A DNA stretch of 64,000 bases from the NCBI GenBank assembly GCA_965221155.1, contig OZ244869.1, positions 4,895,321 through 4,959,320 on the forward strand, in the 5' to 3' direction. Positions 1 to 8,449 of the stretch are shown in pieces. How positions within the stretch are numbered: position 1 is the stretch's first letter; each line of letters opens with the position of its first letter. This DNA is from an uncultured Candidatus Binatia bacterium (GTDB lineage: Bacteria > Desulfobacterota > Binatia > UBA9968 > JAJDTQ01). The notes below the pieces were generated by a model. That model did no database searches, was not told the DNA's origin, and saw only the letters and a program-made list of their open reading frames with translations. Made by a program: the position numbers and the translations under genes.

Positions 1-1041
1 CATCCGATCGAACATCAGTACGGAGAAGACCACGACGACTCCCGGAAGAAAGCCGAAGAAGAGGACGGCGGCCCAGGGCTCCACGAAGACACAGGCGCCG
101 GTGATTGACACAAGGCCGGCGAGGGCGCCGTTGAGAGCCATGGTGACATCGGGTTTGCCGAACAGCAACCACGCCGACACGGTGGCGGCGATGGCGGCCG
201 CGGCAGCCGCAAGGCTCGTGTTGGCGGCGATAAGCGATATGTCGGCTACCCCGGCGCCCATGATGCTTCCGGTGTTGAAGCCGAACCAGCCGAACCATAG
301 AATGAACACCCCGAGCGTAGCGAGCATCAAGTTGTGACCCGGGAGGGCCAAGGGCATCCCCGTATCGCTGTATTTTCCGAGCCTGGGCCCCAGCACAATC
401 ACGCCCGCCAGGGCGAACCACGCACCGGTGGAGTGCACGACCGTGGAACCGGCGAAATCCAGCATGCCCAGTTCCGCAAGCCATCCACCGCCCCAGATCC
501 AGTGCCCCACGATGGGATAGAAGATCAGCGAGATGAAGAAACTGAATATCAGATAGCTCAAGAATCGGGTGCGCTCCGCCATGGCGCCGGCAACGATGGT
601 GGCGGCGGTGGCACAAAACATCAGGTGAAAGAACCACGCGGTCAAGGTCGGAACCGATGTCCAGCCCAGAGACTGATACAGGTTACCCGTGTCCGGCGAA
701 ACGAAGAAGCCCGTGGTTCCCAGGAAAGCGTTGCCATTGCCGAACATGATGCCGAAACCCAGTATCCAGAAGCCCAGGGAGGCCATGGAGAAGTCTCCGA
801 CGTTCTTCATCATGATGTTGACCGCATTCTTGGCGCGGGTAAACCCGCCCTCAACCATGGCAAAGCCCGCCTGCATGAGGAACACCAGTATACCCGCGAT
901 GCAGGTCCACAAGGTGTCCAGCGTTACCTGCAACTCCGGCACCGGCTTCCCGTCGATCCTGCCATCCAGCGCATACGCGATGGCGGGCAAAAGCATCAAT
1001 GCGAGCCCCATGGCAGTGAAAATAGGTAGTCGTCTCAGCAT
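1..1041 (-). CDS. amtB: ammonium transporter (Amt/MEP family), C-terminal part beyond window edge
   Basis: Minus-strand frame open from an ATG at ~1039-1041 (AGGAGG SD 8 nt upstream) to base 1. Translation MLRRLPIFTAMGLALMLLPAIAYA (signal peptide) ... FLMQAGFAMVEGGFTRAKNAVNIMMKN ... GMLDFAGSTVVHSTGAWFALAGVIVLGPRLGKY matches the Amt family. Absent from the ORF track only because it runs off the edge. ORFs 334..1029(+) and 689..1087(+) are its antisense shadow. Confidence 0.85.
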   Translation of the reverse strand, partial: MLRRLPIFTAMGLALMLLPAIAYALDGRIDGKPVPELQVTLDTLWTCIAGILVFLMQAGFAMVEGGFTRAKNAVNIMMKNVGDFSMASLGFWILGFGIMFGNGNAFLGTTGFFVSPDTGNLYQSLGWTSVPTLTAWFFHLMFCATAATIVAGAMAERTRFLSYLIFSFFISLIFYPIVGHWIWGGGWLAELGMLDFAGSTVVHSTGAWFALAGVIVLGPRLGKYSDTGMPLALPGHNLMLATLGVFILWFGWFGFNTGSIMGAGVADISLIAANTSLAAAAAAIAATVSAWLLFGKPDVTMALNGALAGLVSITGACVFVEPWAAVLFFGFLPGVVVVFSVLMFDRM

Positions 1042-1143
1042 GGATTCATCCTCCTGTCCCACCCACTCCTGCGCCGAGAACCCGTAAAGATTCGCCGGAT
1101 ACAGGTCCTGGAAGCCGCTTCCATCGGCCGTCCCTCCGCGTCG

Positions 1144-1743
1144 TCAGCGCAACGGAATGCGGATGACGACGCCGCCCATGACGTCTCCCTCCTTGAAGTC
1201 CGTCCGCGGACTGTCCTCGTGGGCGTTGTGACACGTCACGCAGGAGGGCGAGACGGCGACGTCGGCATACACCGCGGTGAAATACTCAACGTCGCCGACT
1301 GTCTCCCGGCCATAGAAAGGCTTCGACGGGTTCTTGGCGACACTGTCCAGTCCGGTGCCTTCCAGCTCGGTCCTGGGCCCGCTCTTCTTGTTGAGGGGCC
1401 ACTTGGACAGCAGCGCGTAGCTGAACGCATCGGTCTGCCTGGCCGCCATTACCGCGCTCATGCGGAACATCTGGGCCGGCAGCGGCAAGGCCTTCTTGTC
1501 CTGCCAATGCTCGCTGGCCTTGATCACCTCCTCCACGTCCTGCAGGCGATAGACCACCTCGTTCGCATAGACGTTCCGATCGGATGACATGACGGCGAAC
1601 AGCGCGTCCGCCATGATCCTCGGGGAAATCCCCACCGATTGTTCGGATTCGCCCGAGGGCTTGCCGTCACAGGCGGCCAGCCCCGCAACGAAAACGGCGG
1701 CGGCGAGGTGGAGAAGACTCTGTCTGGTCGGCAAGTGTTTCAT
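1144..1743 (-). CDS. lipoprotein with a single CXXCH heme-c motif (DUF3365/Tll0287-like heme protein)
   Basis: Signal peptide and lipobox (LAAC). C-terminal CVTCHNAHED matches the CXXCH heme-binding motif. Family assignment is from memory of the DUF3365 pattern, not a search. Confidence 0.5.
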   Translation of the reverse strand: MKHLPTRQSLLHLAAAVFVAGLAACDGKPSGESEQSVGISPRIMADALFAVMSSDRNVYANEVVYRLQDVEEVIKASEHWQDKKALPLPAQMFRMSAVMAARQTDAFSYALLSKWPLNKKSGPRTELEGTGLDSVAKNPSKPFYGRETVGDVEYFTAVYADVAVSPSCVTCHNAHEDSPRTDFKEGDVMGGVVIRIPLR

Positions 1744-2129
1744 GGCTCACTACTCCCATTTTTTCCGGCGGACCCGGACCATTTCTCTTCCGCGACAACG
1801 CCATGCCGATGCTCCGGACACGGCGAGACGGAGAACCTGTGAAGTTGCGCTGAACCAGCTCCGTATCGGCCTGCGCGTCGATGGAGAAAGTCGAATTTTC
1901 CGATACGACCTTAGTGTAGCCATACCGAGTAGAACTTGATATATACAACGATCTTATCGTAAACAGAACTAGTTGCCGCAAACGGAACTGATTGCCGTAA
2001 ACGGACCCGCCCTGTTCTTGAAGGCGGTTCTCACGCGACGCGCCCTGACCGGACGCCGCGCAAGCCGAGAGCATTCAAGCAAGGCTTGATGGGAGAGCTC
2101 CAACTCGGCCGGCATTCGGGACCCCTTCT
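1744..2129. promoter_or_regulatory. divergent intergenic region with locally AT-rich direct repeats TTGCCG(C/T)AAACGGA
   Basis: Sequence 1960-2010 reads tcgtaaacagaactagttgccgcaaacggaactgattgccgtaaacgga: two 14-bp direct repeats 18 bp apart in an unusually AT-rich patch. Lies between divergently oriented genes (1743<- and ->2130). Confidence 0.25.
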
Positions 2130-4496
2130 ATGGAAGGCAAGGAGATGGAAGACAGAGAACAACGAGCACCTGAACGAGCCTCCGCTCCGGTTACGGAAGA
2201 TGCGAACAGCGGAGGCGCGGAGAAGAGCGCCGGTCCCGACCCCGAAACTCCCGGCCGGTCTGACCGGCCTTGGGCGCCCGCTGCTGAATCGCCTCGGCCC
2301 ATGAGCGGGGCGCCAGGACCCGGGGATGCCCCGGACGAGAGAGTCGTCGATTCTCCCTGGTGGGAGGGCGGTTCGATGCCTGAAGAGGCGCCCGCTACGT
2401 ACAGGGGGGCGGGGTACATCTACAGGGGAGTGCGGTACGGCGAGCCCGTTCCCGAGCCCAAGTCTCAGCCGCCCCAAGAGCCGGACGACGACGATGACCC
2501 GGTGGACCTGTCCGTGCTGGCCGTGATGTCAGAGGACCAGCCGGCGGTTCCTCCCGCCGAAGGAACCGAGGCGAGAGAACCCTTCGTCGATTCTCCCTGG
2601 TGGGAGGTCGGTTCGAGGCCCGAGGAGACGGCCGACGACGATGACCCGGTGGACACGCCCGTGCTGGCCGTGATGTCAGAGGACCAGCCGGCCGTTCCCC
2701 CCGCCAAAGGAACGGAGGCGAGAGAACCCATCGTCGATTCTCCCTGGTGGGGGGGCGGTTCGCGGTCCGAGGAGACCGCCGAGGAGGAGCCCGATGCCGG
2801 CGGCGGGGAGGTAGCCCCGGGCGCGCCCTATCCGTACAGCGAGCCGGTATACGGCGAGTCCGTTCCCGAGCCCAAGTCCCAGCCGCCCGAAGAGCCGGAC
2901 GACGACGATGACCCGGTGGACCTGTCCGTACCGGCCGTGATGTCAGAGGACCAACCGGCCGTCGCTCCCGCCGAAGGGGGGAAAGCAGCAGAACCCGTCG
3001 TCAGTCCTCCCTGGTGGGGGGGCGGTTCGAGGTCCGAGGAGACGGCCGAGGAGGAGCCCGATGCCGGCGGCGGGGAGGTAGCCGCGGGCGCGCCCTATCT
3101 GTACAGGGGGACGGTATACGGCGAGTCCGTTCCCGAGCCCAAGCCCCAGCCGCCCGAAGAGGTGAACGACGACGATCAGCCGGTAGACATGTCTGTGCCG
3201 GCCGCGCTGTCAGAGGACCAACCGGCCGTCCCTCCCGCCGAAACGGGGGAGGAACACGCCGTGGAAGAGCCCCCGGCCGATCGCGGGGAGCCGGACCGGC
3301 AGCCTCCTGCTTCGCCGGGCGGCTTGTCCGCGGCGACGGAAGCGCTTCCCGAAGGTCCGCCCGGCGAGCTGATTCGCTCGATAGTCGCCGAGGTCTGTCC
3401 CGGCGAACTGCTGCTGGTCGGTACGGACAAAGCCCCATTACCGGAGTGGGCTCGCGCGGCCGTGACCGCGGCCCGCAACGATCTGGACCGGCGCCTGGCC
3501 GAGCGCAAGCCGGTCGATGCCAGAGAGTATCTTCGGCTGGCCATCGTTGAGAACGTCATGGGCCTTCACGAGGAAGCCGACGGTCACCTCAAGGAGGCGC
3601 TGCCGCGGAGCGACCGGTTCGGGCCGGTCCTGAACGCGCTGGCCGTTACGAGCCTGGCGCGGGGAAAAATCGCCCCCGCCATCGTCTACTGCAAGGAGGC
3701 ACTCCGCGAGACCGGCGGAGACGATTCCGTCCGCGCGGCCGCTTCATCCAACCTGGGAGATCTTTACCGTCTTGAAGGAAATACAGACCAGGCGGCTGAG
3801 GCGTACGAGACAGCCATCAAGTGCCTGGGACCGCAGGGGGAGTCTCGCTGGCTCCCGCGGTTGCATTTGCGCGTCGGCCGCCTCTACCGGCGCTTGGGCC
3901 AGACGGACAATGCGCGCCGGCACCTTTCCGATTCGGTCCGGCTGTTCAAGGAGACCGGCGACGAGGCCGGGTACGTCCGGTCCCTCGTAGCGCTTGGCTC
4001 GGCCTTGACCGAGTCGGGCTTGCACGACCTCGCTCTCAGGAATGTCGAAGAGGCGGTCCGGATTTGCCTGAGGACCGGGGACAAGCCCGGCGCCGCGCTG
4101 GTGCAGGACGAGCTGGGGGTGACCTACATGGCCCAGGACCAGTTGACGCGCGCTCTCGCGTATTTCGAAAGCGCCCTTTCGCTTCACCGTGAGTTGGGCA
4201 ACCGCACGGGCGAGGCGGCCACCCTGAGCAACATGGGGAAGATCTACGACTCCCGGGGTGACATCGGCGAGGCGCGGCAGTTCTACGAGGCAGCCCAGGA
4301 GATCAACCGCGAGCAAGGCCACGAGGTCGGCCAGGCCGCGAAGCCGCCGCAACTCGGGGCCGGCGATGAGGAAGGCGCACGGGCCAAGCTTCTGAAGGCG
4401 GAGGAAATCTTCAGCCGCGCCGGTTCGGCGGAACAGCAGGAGGACGCGCGGCAGATGACGGAAAAGCACGGGCCGGGGACCGAGGGTCTTCGGTGA
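2130..4496 (+). CDS. cytoplasmic TPR-repeat protein with N-terminal acidic tandem repeats
   Basis: 788 aa. N-terminal half has ~4 degenerate repeats (DSPWW-GGS ... PEPKSQPPEEPDDDDDPVDLSV-AVMSEDQPAVPPAEG). C-terminal ~350 aa are TPR-like (LGDLYRLEGNTDQAAEAYETAIKCLG; YFESALSLHRELGNRTGEAATLSNMGKIY). No signal peptide. Confidence 0.7.
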   Translation: MEGKEMEDREQRAPERASAPVTEDANSGGAEKSAGPDPETPGRSDRPWAPAAESPRPMSGAPGPGDAPDERVVDSPWWEGGSMPEEAPATYRGAGYIYRGVRYGEPVPEPKSQPPQEPDDDDDPVDLSVLAVMSEDQPAVPPAEGTEAREPFVDSPWWEVGSRPEETADDDDPVDTPVLAVMSEDQPAVPPAKGTEAREPIVDSPWWGGGSRSEETAEEEPDAGGGEVAPGAPYPYSEPVYGESVPEPKSQPPEEPDDDDDPVDLSVPAVMSEDQPAVAPAEGGKAAEPVVSPPWWGGGSRSEETAEEEPDAGGGEVAAGAPYLYRGTVYGESVPEPKPQPPEEVNDDDQPVDMSVPAALSEDQPAVPPAETGEEHAVEEPPADRGEPDRQPPASPGGLSAATEALPEGPPGELIRSIVAEVCPGELLLVGTDKAPLPEWARAAVTAARNDLDRRLAERKPVDAREYLRLAIVENVMGLHEEADGHLKEALPRSDRFGPVLNALAVTSLARGKIAPAIVYCKEALRETGGDDSVRAAASSNLGDLYRLEGNTDQAAEAYETAIKCLGPQGESRWLPRLHLRVGRLYRRLGQTDNARRHLSDSVRLFKETGDEAGYVRSLVALGSALTESGLHDLALRNVEEAVRICLRTGDKPGAALVQDELGVTYMAQDQLTRALAYFESALSLHRELGNRTGEAATLSNMGKIYDSRGDIGEARQFYEAAQEINREQGHEVGQAAKPPQLGAGDEEGARAKLLKAEEIFSRAGSAEQQEDARQMTEKHGPGTEGLR
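2341..3250 (+). repeat. intragenic tandem repeats (~150-260 bp units, 4 copies) encoding the acidic DSPWW repeats
   Basis: Near-identical stretches gattctccctggtggga...gaccagccggc recur at ~2341, ~2581, ~2728 and ~2992 with indels between copies. Confidence 0.7.
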
Positions 4497-4529
4497 CCGG
4501 GAAAGACGAAGCCGCAGGAGTATAAATCA

Positions 4530-6008
4530 ATGACTCATTCTCTTGGTGTTCGTTTCGGGTTGGCCGTGTTCTTTCTTGTGTGGGTTCCACTGCTGGCTGC
4601 GACGGGGTGGGGGGGCTACTGGTTGTGGCTGCGAATGGAGAGCCGCCCGTCCGCCGCCCTTCAGTCGCTTGCATTGCGCGGCGACGCATTGAAGCTCACC
4701 GAAGCCGCTTCGGGTCTGGCGGAGACGATCGACAGGTTCCTGCTCGATCGCATCGTCGAGGTGCAGACCTGGGCAACGTCCCCGGTGGTGGTAGCGGCGG
4801 TGCACAAGGCGCGAGCCGTGCACGCAAAAGACGGGTTGGACAACCTCGCGATTCAGCAGATCGAGGGCAAGTTCCGGACCAGAAAGAGCTTGAGAGTCGC
4901 GCCCGCGGCGCGCGCATACTTGAGCGAACAGGTCAGGATGTCCCCTCATTTTGCCGAGGTCTTCTTCACGGACGAGTTGGGCTTCAATGTGGCGCTGACG
5001 AACCCGACCTCGGATTTCGTCCAGTCCGACGAGGGCTGGTGGCAAAGGGCATGGTCGGCCGGATTTTCCGTAGGTGAAATCGAGTTCGATGCCTCGGCCA
5101 ATGTGTGGGCGGTGGACCTCTCGGTGCGCATTCAGGACAAGGGGACCGGCAACTCCATCGGCGTGATGAAGGCGATTCTGTCGGTACGCTTCGCCCAGTT
5201 GTTCGCCGACCGTCTCGCGCGCCGTCTTTCCGCGCCCGGCCAGCTATTGCATGCTCAGCTATTCGGTTCGACGCTCGATGGCGCCGCGCCGCGCGACTCG
5301 GAGACGGCGCGGACGCAGTTCCTGGTCGTGACCCGCGATGGGTCGTTGATCGCGGAGACGCGCTCTGGGCACGCTCGCGGGCGGATCATGCAGCCGGAGA
5401 TCAACCTGCTCACGGATGAGTCACTCACGCACTTGAACCTTTCCTATGAGGGCGACCGTTCCGGATCTTTCATCGCCACCCGGAAGGATACTCAGAATCG
5501 CCAGGACGGCAGGCTCGCGCCGAGTTATCTGGTCGCTTTCGCGCGTTCGGCGAGTACGGGCTTTTACGCGCCGGCCACGGAAAACTTCTCCGGTTTCGAC
5601 TGGATGATCATCGTGGAGGCGCCGAATCTGAGTAGTCACGCCGTTTTGCCGGAACTCGCCGGGACACGGTGGCAGGATCAACGGGATTGGGTACGCGATG
5701 TCCTGTGGCTCGGCGCCGCGCTGTGCGGGTCGCTGCTGTTCACTTCGATCATACTGTGCTGGCTGTTCGGCAGGTGGGTGCTGACGCCCGTACGCGCGTT
5801 GACCAATCGCGTGCAACGAATGGAGCAGGGCCACATCACCGGCAGGATCACGAGTTCGGCGAAAGGCGAGTTCGCCGAACTCGCGGCGGCCCTCGATCGT
5901 ATCCGCAATATGATCACCAAGATGGCCGACCGGCTACACCAGACGGCGGCGAGGCAGACGCAACCGAGAATGCCTGATGGTGATCCGCCTCGCCGGACCG
6001 GACCCTAG
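4530..6008 (+). CDS. membrane sensor with periplasmic Cache-like region and HAMP domain but no output domain
   Basis: TM1 FGLAVFFLVWVPLLAATGWGGYWLWL, ~300-aa periplasmic region, TM2 VLWLGAALCGSLLFTSIILCWLFG, HAMP (VLTPVRALTNRVQRMEQGHITGRITSSAKGEFAELAAALDRIRN), then a ~25-aa low-complexity tail. The stop codon TAG is the first 3 nt of the adjacent MITE. Confidence 0.65.
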   Translation: MTHSLGVRFGLAVFFLVWVPLLAATGWGGYWLWLRMESRPSAALQSLALRGDALKLTEAASGLAETIDRFLLDRIVEVQTWATSPVVVAAVHKARAVHAKDGLDNLAIQQIEGKFRTRKSLRVAPAARAYLSEQVRMSPHFAEVFFTDELGFNVALTNPTSDFVQSDEGWWQRAWSAGFSVGEIEFDASANVWAVDLSVRIQDKGTGNSIGVMKAILSVRFAQLFADRLARRLSAPGQLLHAQLFGSTLDGAAPRDSETARTQFLVVTRDGSLIAETRSGHARGRIMQPEINLLTDESLTHLNLSYEGDRSGSFIATRKDTQNRQDGRLAPSYLVAFARSASTGFYAPATENFSGFDWMIIVEAPNLSSHAVLPELAGTRWQDQRDWVRDVLWLGAALCGSLLFTSIILCWLFGRWVLTPVRALTNRVQRMEQGHITGRITSSAKGEFAELAAALDRIRNMITKMADRLHQTAARQTQPRMPDGDPPRRTGP

Positions 6009-6190
6009 TGTCCTGCGTAATGGTTTACAAAGATGCGCAGGATTTCTTGTTGTCGGCAAGGCGCGATGACTTGTAGGGGCGGGTTTCAAACCCGCCCGTG
6101 TGGCGGGCACCACGCGAGGAAGAGCAACGCAGCCGACGGCAAGAAAGACCAGCAGATTTGTAAACCATTACTTGGGACACCACACTAACC
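6006..6190. mobile_element. MITE copy 1 (~185 bp, imperfect palindrome, TA-flanked inverted termini; centre carries a REP)
   Basis: TA|GTGTCCTGCGTAATGGTTTACAAA ... TTTGTAAACCATTACTTGGGACACCACAC|TA. Centre contains GGGCGGGTTTCAAACCCGCCC. Same architecture at 33670-33857 and 53974-54186. Confidence 0.7.
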
Positions 6191-6225
6191 ACGAGAGGAG
6201 GGCGGCGACGATACGGCCGGGAAGA

Positions 6226-7941
6226 ATGGTGCCGGAAATCAAGTGGTTCTCCTGGATAGCACGCCGAATGGCGGTGACAGCCGGGCTCACCTTGTCTCTC
6301 GGCGCCTGTGGCGGGTTGCTGGTGGAGGAACGACGCACGGGCCAACTCGGGACGGCGGAGCGGCAGCAGTTGAACAACAGTCTGAATGTAGCGTCGGCGT
6401 CGGCCGATGCCGGCCAGCTCGAGGCCGCGGAGCGGCTGTATACGCAACTCTCCCGTCATTTCCCGAGCGCACCGGAGCCCAAGCTCGGGCTCGCTTACCT
6501 GGCGTTGGAGGCGGGTGACTTCACCCTCGCCGGCAAGCTTTTTGCCGAAGCGGACGAGAGATCAGCAACGCCGGCCGCCAAGGCCGAGGCGCTGCTCGGC
6601 GCGGGCCGGTCGAGCCTTGCAAGGGGCGACAGTGCCGGGGCGAAGACCCATTTTCTCACCGCTTCCAAGCTGGCCAAGGGAACGCCGGCTGAAGCCTGGG
6701 TGGCCAACGGCCTTGGCGTGGTGGCAACTCTCGAGGGCGACCATGCGGGGGCGCGGACGCGTTACGAAGAGGCCCTCACGTTGTCGCCGTCGCATCCGAT
6801 GATCACCGCGAATCTGGTGCGCGCGCTTGCCCAATCGGGCGCGGGAAACGAGGCGAGGCAGCTCTACGCCAAGTACCCCGCTTCCCATTGGTTGGAAGAC
6901 GACGGGGCCGACCTTTCGCGTTTGCTCAAAACCGGGAAAGGAGCCGCTACGGCTTCGGGCGCCCAGGTGCAGCTTTACTCCGCGCGCTCGCGCGACCGGG
7001 CGCTGGACGCCTGGGGCCGGCTCTCCTCGGAGGAAAAGGAGCTGCTTGGCTCTCTGACTCACCGCGTGGTGAAGGCCCAGATTCCGAAGAGAGGTGTGTT
7101 TTACCGCCTCTGGGCGGGTCCCCTGGCGGACAAGGCGGCGGCCAGGCGTCTGTGTGGCCTGCTGAAAGGCCGTGGCCGGGACTGCTTCGTCCTCGCAGGG
7201 AAATGGACCGAGAGCGACGGGGCAGGCGGGGCGGAGGAGAGCCCTGATGCCCAGCCCGGTGGCGCCCCCGAGACCGCGCGCTCCCGGCCGCCCGCGGTCA
7301 CGGCAGAGCCGGCTCGCGAGACGGCTCAAGCCGATACAGCCGCTACGGCTTCGGGCGCCCAGGTGCAGCTTTACTCGGCGCGCTCGCGCGACCGGGCGCT
7401 GGCCGCCTGGGGCCGGCTCTTCCTGGAGGAAAAGGAGCTGCTTGCCTCTCTGACTCACCGCGTGGTGAAGGCCCGGATTCCGAAGAGAGGGGTGTTTTAC
7501 CGCCTCTGGGCGGGTCCCCTGGCGGACAAGGCAGCGGCCAGGCGCCTATGCGGCCTGCTGAAAGGCCGCGGCCGGGACTGCTTCGTCCCCGCAGGGAAAT
7601 GGACCGGGGGCGGCCAAGAGACCGCGGGCTCCCGGCCGCCCGCGGTCACGAACGAACCGTCTCGCGAGGCGCCGGCGGCCGAAGGAGCCGTAGCGGCCAA
7701 GGTGCAGCTTTACTCCGGGCGCTCGCACGACGGGGCGCTGGCCGCCTGGGGCCGGCTCTCCTCGGAGGAAAAGGAGCTGCTCGGCTCTCTGACTCACCGC
7801 GTGGTGAAGGCCGAACTTCCGAAAAGGGGGGTGTTTTACCGCCTCTGGGCGGGTCCCCTGGCGGACAAGGCGGCGGCCTGGCGCCTATGCGGCCTGCTGA
7901 AAGGCCGCGGCCGGGACTGCTTCGTCCCGGCAGGGAAATGA
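6226..7941 (+). CDS. TadD-like TPR lipoprotein fused to three C-terminal SPOR (peptidoglycan-binding) domains
   Basis: Track ORF 6100..7941 begins inside the MITE; the likely start is the ATG at 6226 (MVPEIKWFSWIARRMAVTAGLTLSLGAC, lipobox). ~250 aa of TPR follow, then three ~85-aa repeats (QVQLYSARSRDRALxAWGRL...GVFYRLWAGPLADKAAARRLCGLLKGRGRDCFV) typical of SPOR domains. It sits directly upstream of cpaA and cpaB on the same strand. Confidence 0.6.
   Translation: MVPEIKWFSWIARRMAVTAGLTLSLGACGGLLVEERRTGQLGTAERQQLNNSLNVASASADAGQLEAAERLYTQLSRHFPSAPEPKLGLAYLALEAGDFTLAGKLFAEADERSATPAAKAEALLGAGRSSLARGDSAGAKTHFLTASKLAKGTPAEAWVANGLGVVATLEGDHAGARTRYEEALTLSPSHPMITANLVRALAQSGAGNEARQLYAKYPASHWLEDDGADLSRLLKTGKGAATASGAQVQLYSARSRDRALDAWGRLSSEEKELLGSLTHRVVKAQIPKRGVFYRLWAGPLADKAAARRLCGLLKGRGRDCFVLAGKWTESDGAGGAEESPDAQPGGAPETARSRPPAVTAEPARETAQADTAATASGAQVQLYSARSRDRALAAWGRLFLEEKELLASLTHRVVKARIPKRGVFYRLWAGPLADKAAARRLCGLLKGRGRDCFVPAGKWTGGGQETAGSRPPAVTNEPSREAPAAEGAVAAKVQLYSGRSHDGALAAWGRLSSEEKELLGSLTHRVVKAELPKRGVFYRLWAGPLADKAAAWRLCGLLKGRGRDCFVPAGK
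6943..7941 (+). repeat. three near-identical ~360-390 bp tandem DNA repeats encoding the SPOR domains
   Basis: gccgctacggcttcgggcgcccaggtgcagctttactc recurs at 6943 and 7333; a third diverged copy starts near 7690. Nucleotide identity >90 %. Confidence 0.75.
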
Positions 7942-7975
7942 TCGGCGCCGGCGGAGCCATGCGGGGAGGAGTCTC

Positions 7976-8440
7976 ATGCCCGAATTGTTGCTACTGATGG
8001 TCTGTTGTGCGTTGTTGGGGGCGGCGGTGATTTTCGACCTCTGCTCCCGCCAGATACCGAACACGGTTCCGCTCGCTCTGTTCGGCCTGTTCGCGGTCCA
8101 CGTCGCCGTCGCCGGCCATCGGGACATGGTGCCGCTCTGGGCTCACTTTTTCACCGGCGCGGTGCTGCTCGCACTCGGCTTTGTGCTGTACCTGATGGAC
8201 ATGCTCGGTGCCGGCGACGGGAAACTCATGGCCACAGCGGGGTTGTGGGTAGGGCCGGCTGACATCGGCAGCTTCCTGGTCGGAGTGGGGCTGCTCGGCC
8301 TCGGCCTCGGCCTCCTCTCCTTGTTGCCGTTTGATGCGACTCGCCGGCTGCGTAACGATCTTCCTTTCGCGGTAGCGATCGCACCGCCGGCCATCGCGCT
8401 CCTGGCGCTGCGGGCTTTTGTCGTGGCCGGCAGCACATAA
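7976..8440 (+). CDS. cpaA: Flp prepilin peptidase (A24 family) CpaA/TadV
   Basis: 154 aa, polytopic. Both catalytic Asp motifs present (AAVIFDLCSRQIPN; LGAGDGKLMATAG). Confidence 0.8.
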   Translation: MPELLLLMVCCALLGAAVIFDLCSRQIPNTVPLALFGLFAVHVAVAGHRDMVPLWAHFFTGAVLLALGFVLYLMDMLGAGDGKLMATAGLWVGPADIGSFLVGVGLLGLGLGLLSLLPFDATRRLRNDLPFAVAIAPPAIALLALRAFVVAGST

Positions 8441-8449
8441 GGCGGTCCT

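Noticed and set aside
334-1087. ORFs 334..1029(+) and 689..1087(+) at the left edge.
   Set aside because: They are antisense to a well-conserved Amt transporter reading frame that runs off the window edge.
6100-6225. N-terminal extensions MAGTTRGRATQPTARKTSRFVN... shared by three unrelated track ORFs (6100..7941, 32567..33757, 52959..54086).
   Set aside because: The shared peptide is the translation of the MITE. True starts are the downstream ATGs at 6226, 33631 and 53951, which have plausible SD sequences and homolog-consistent N-termini.
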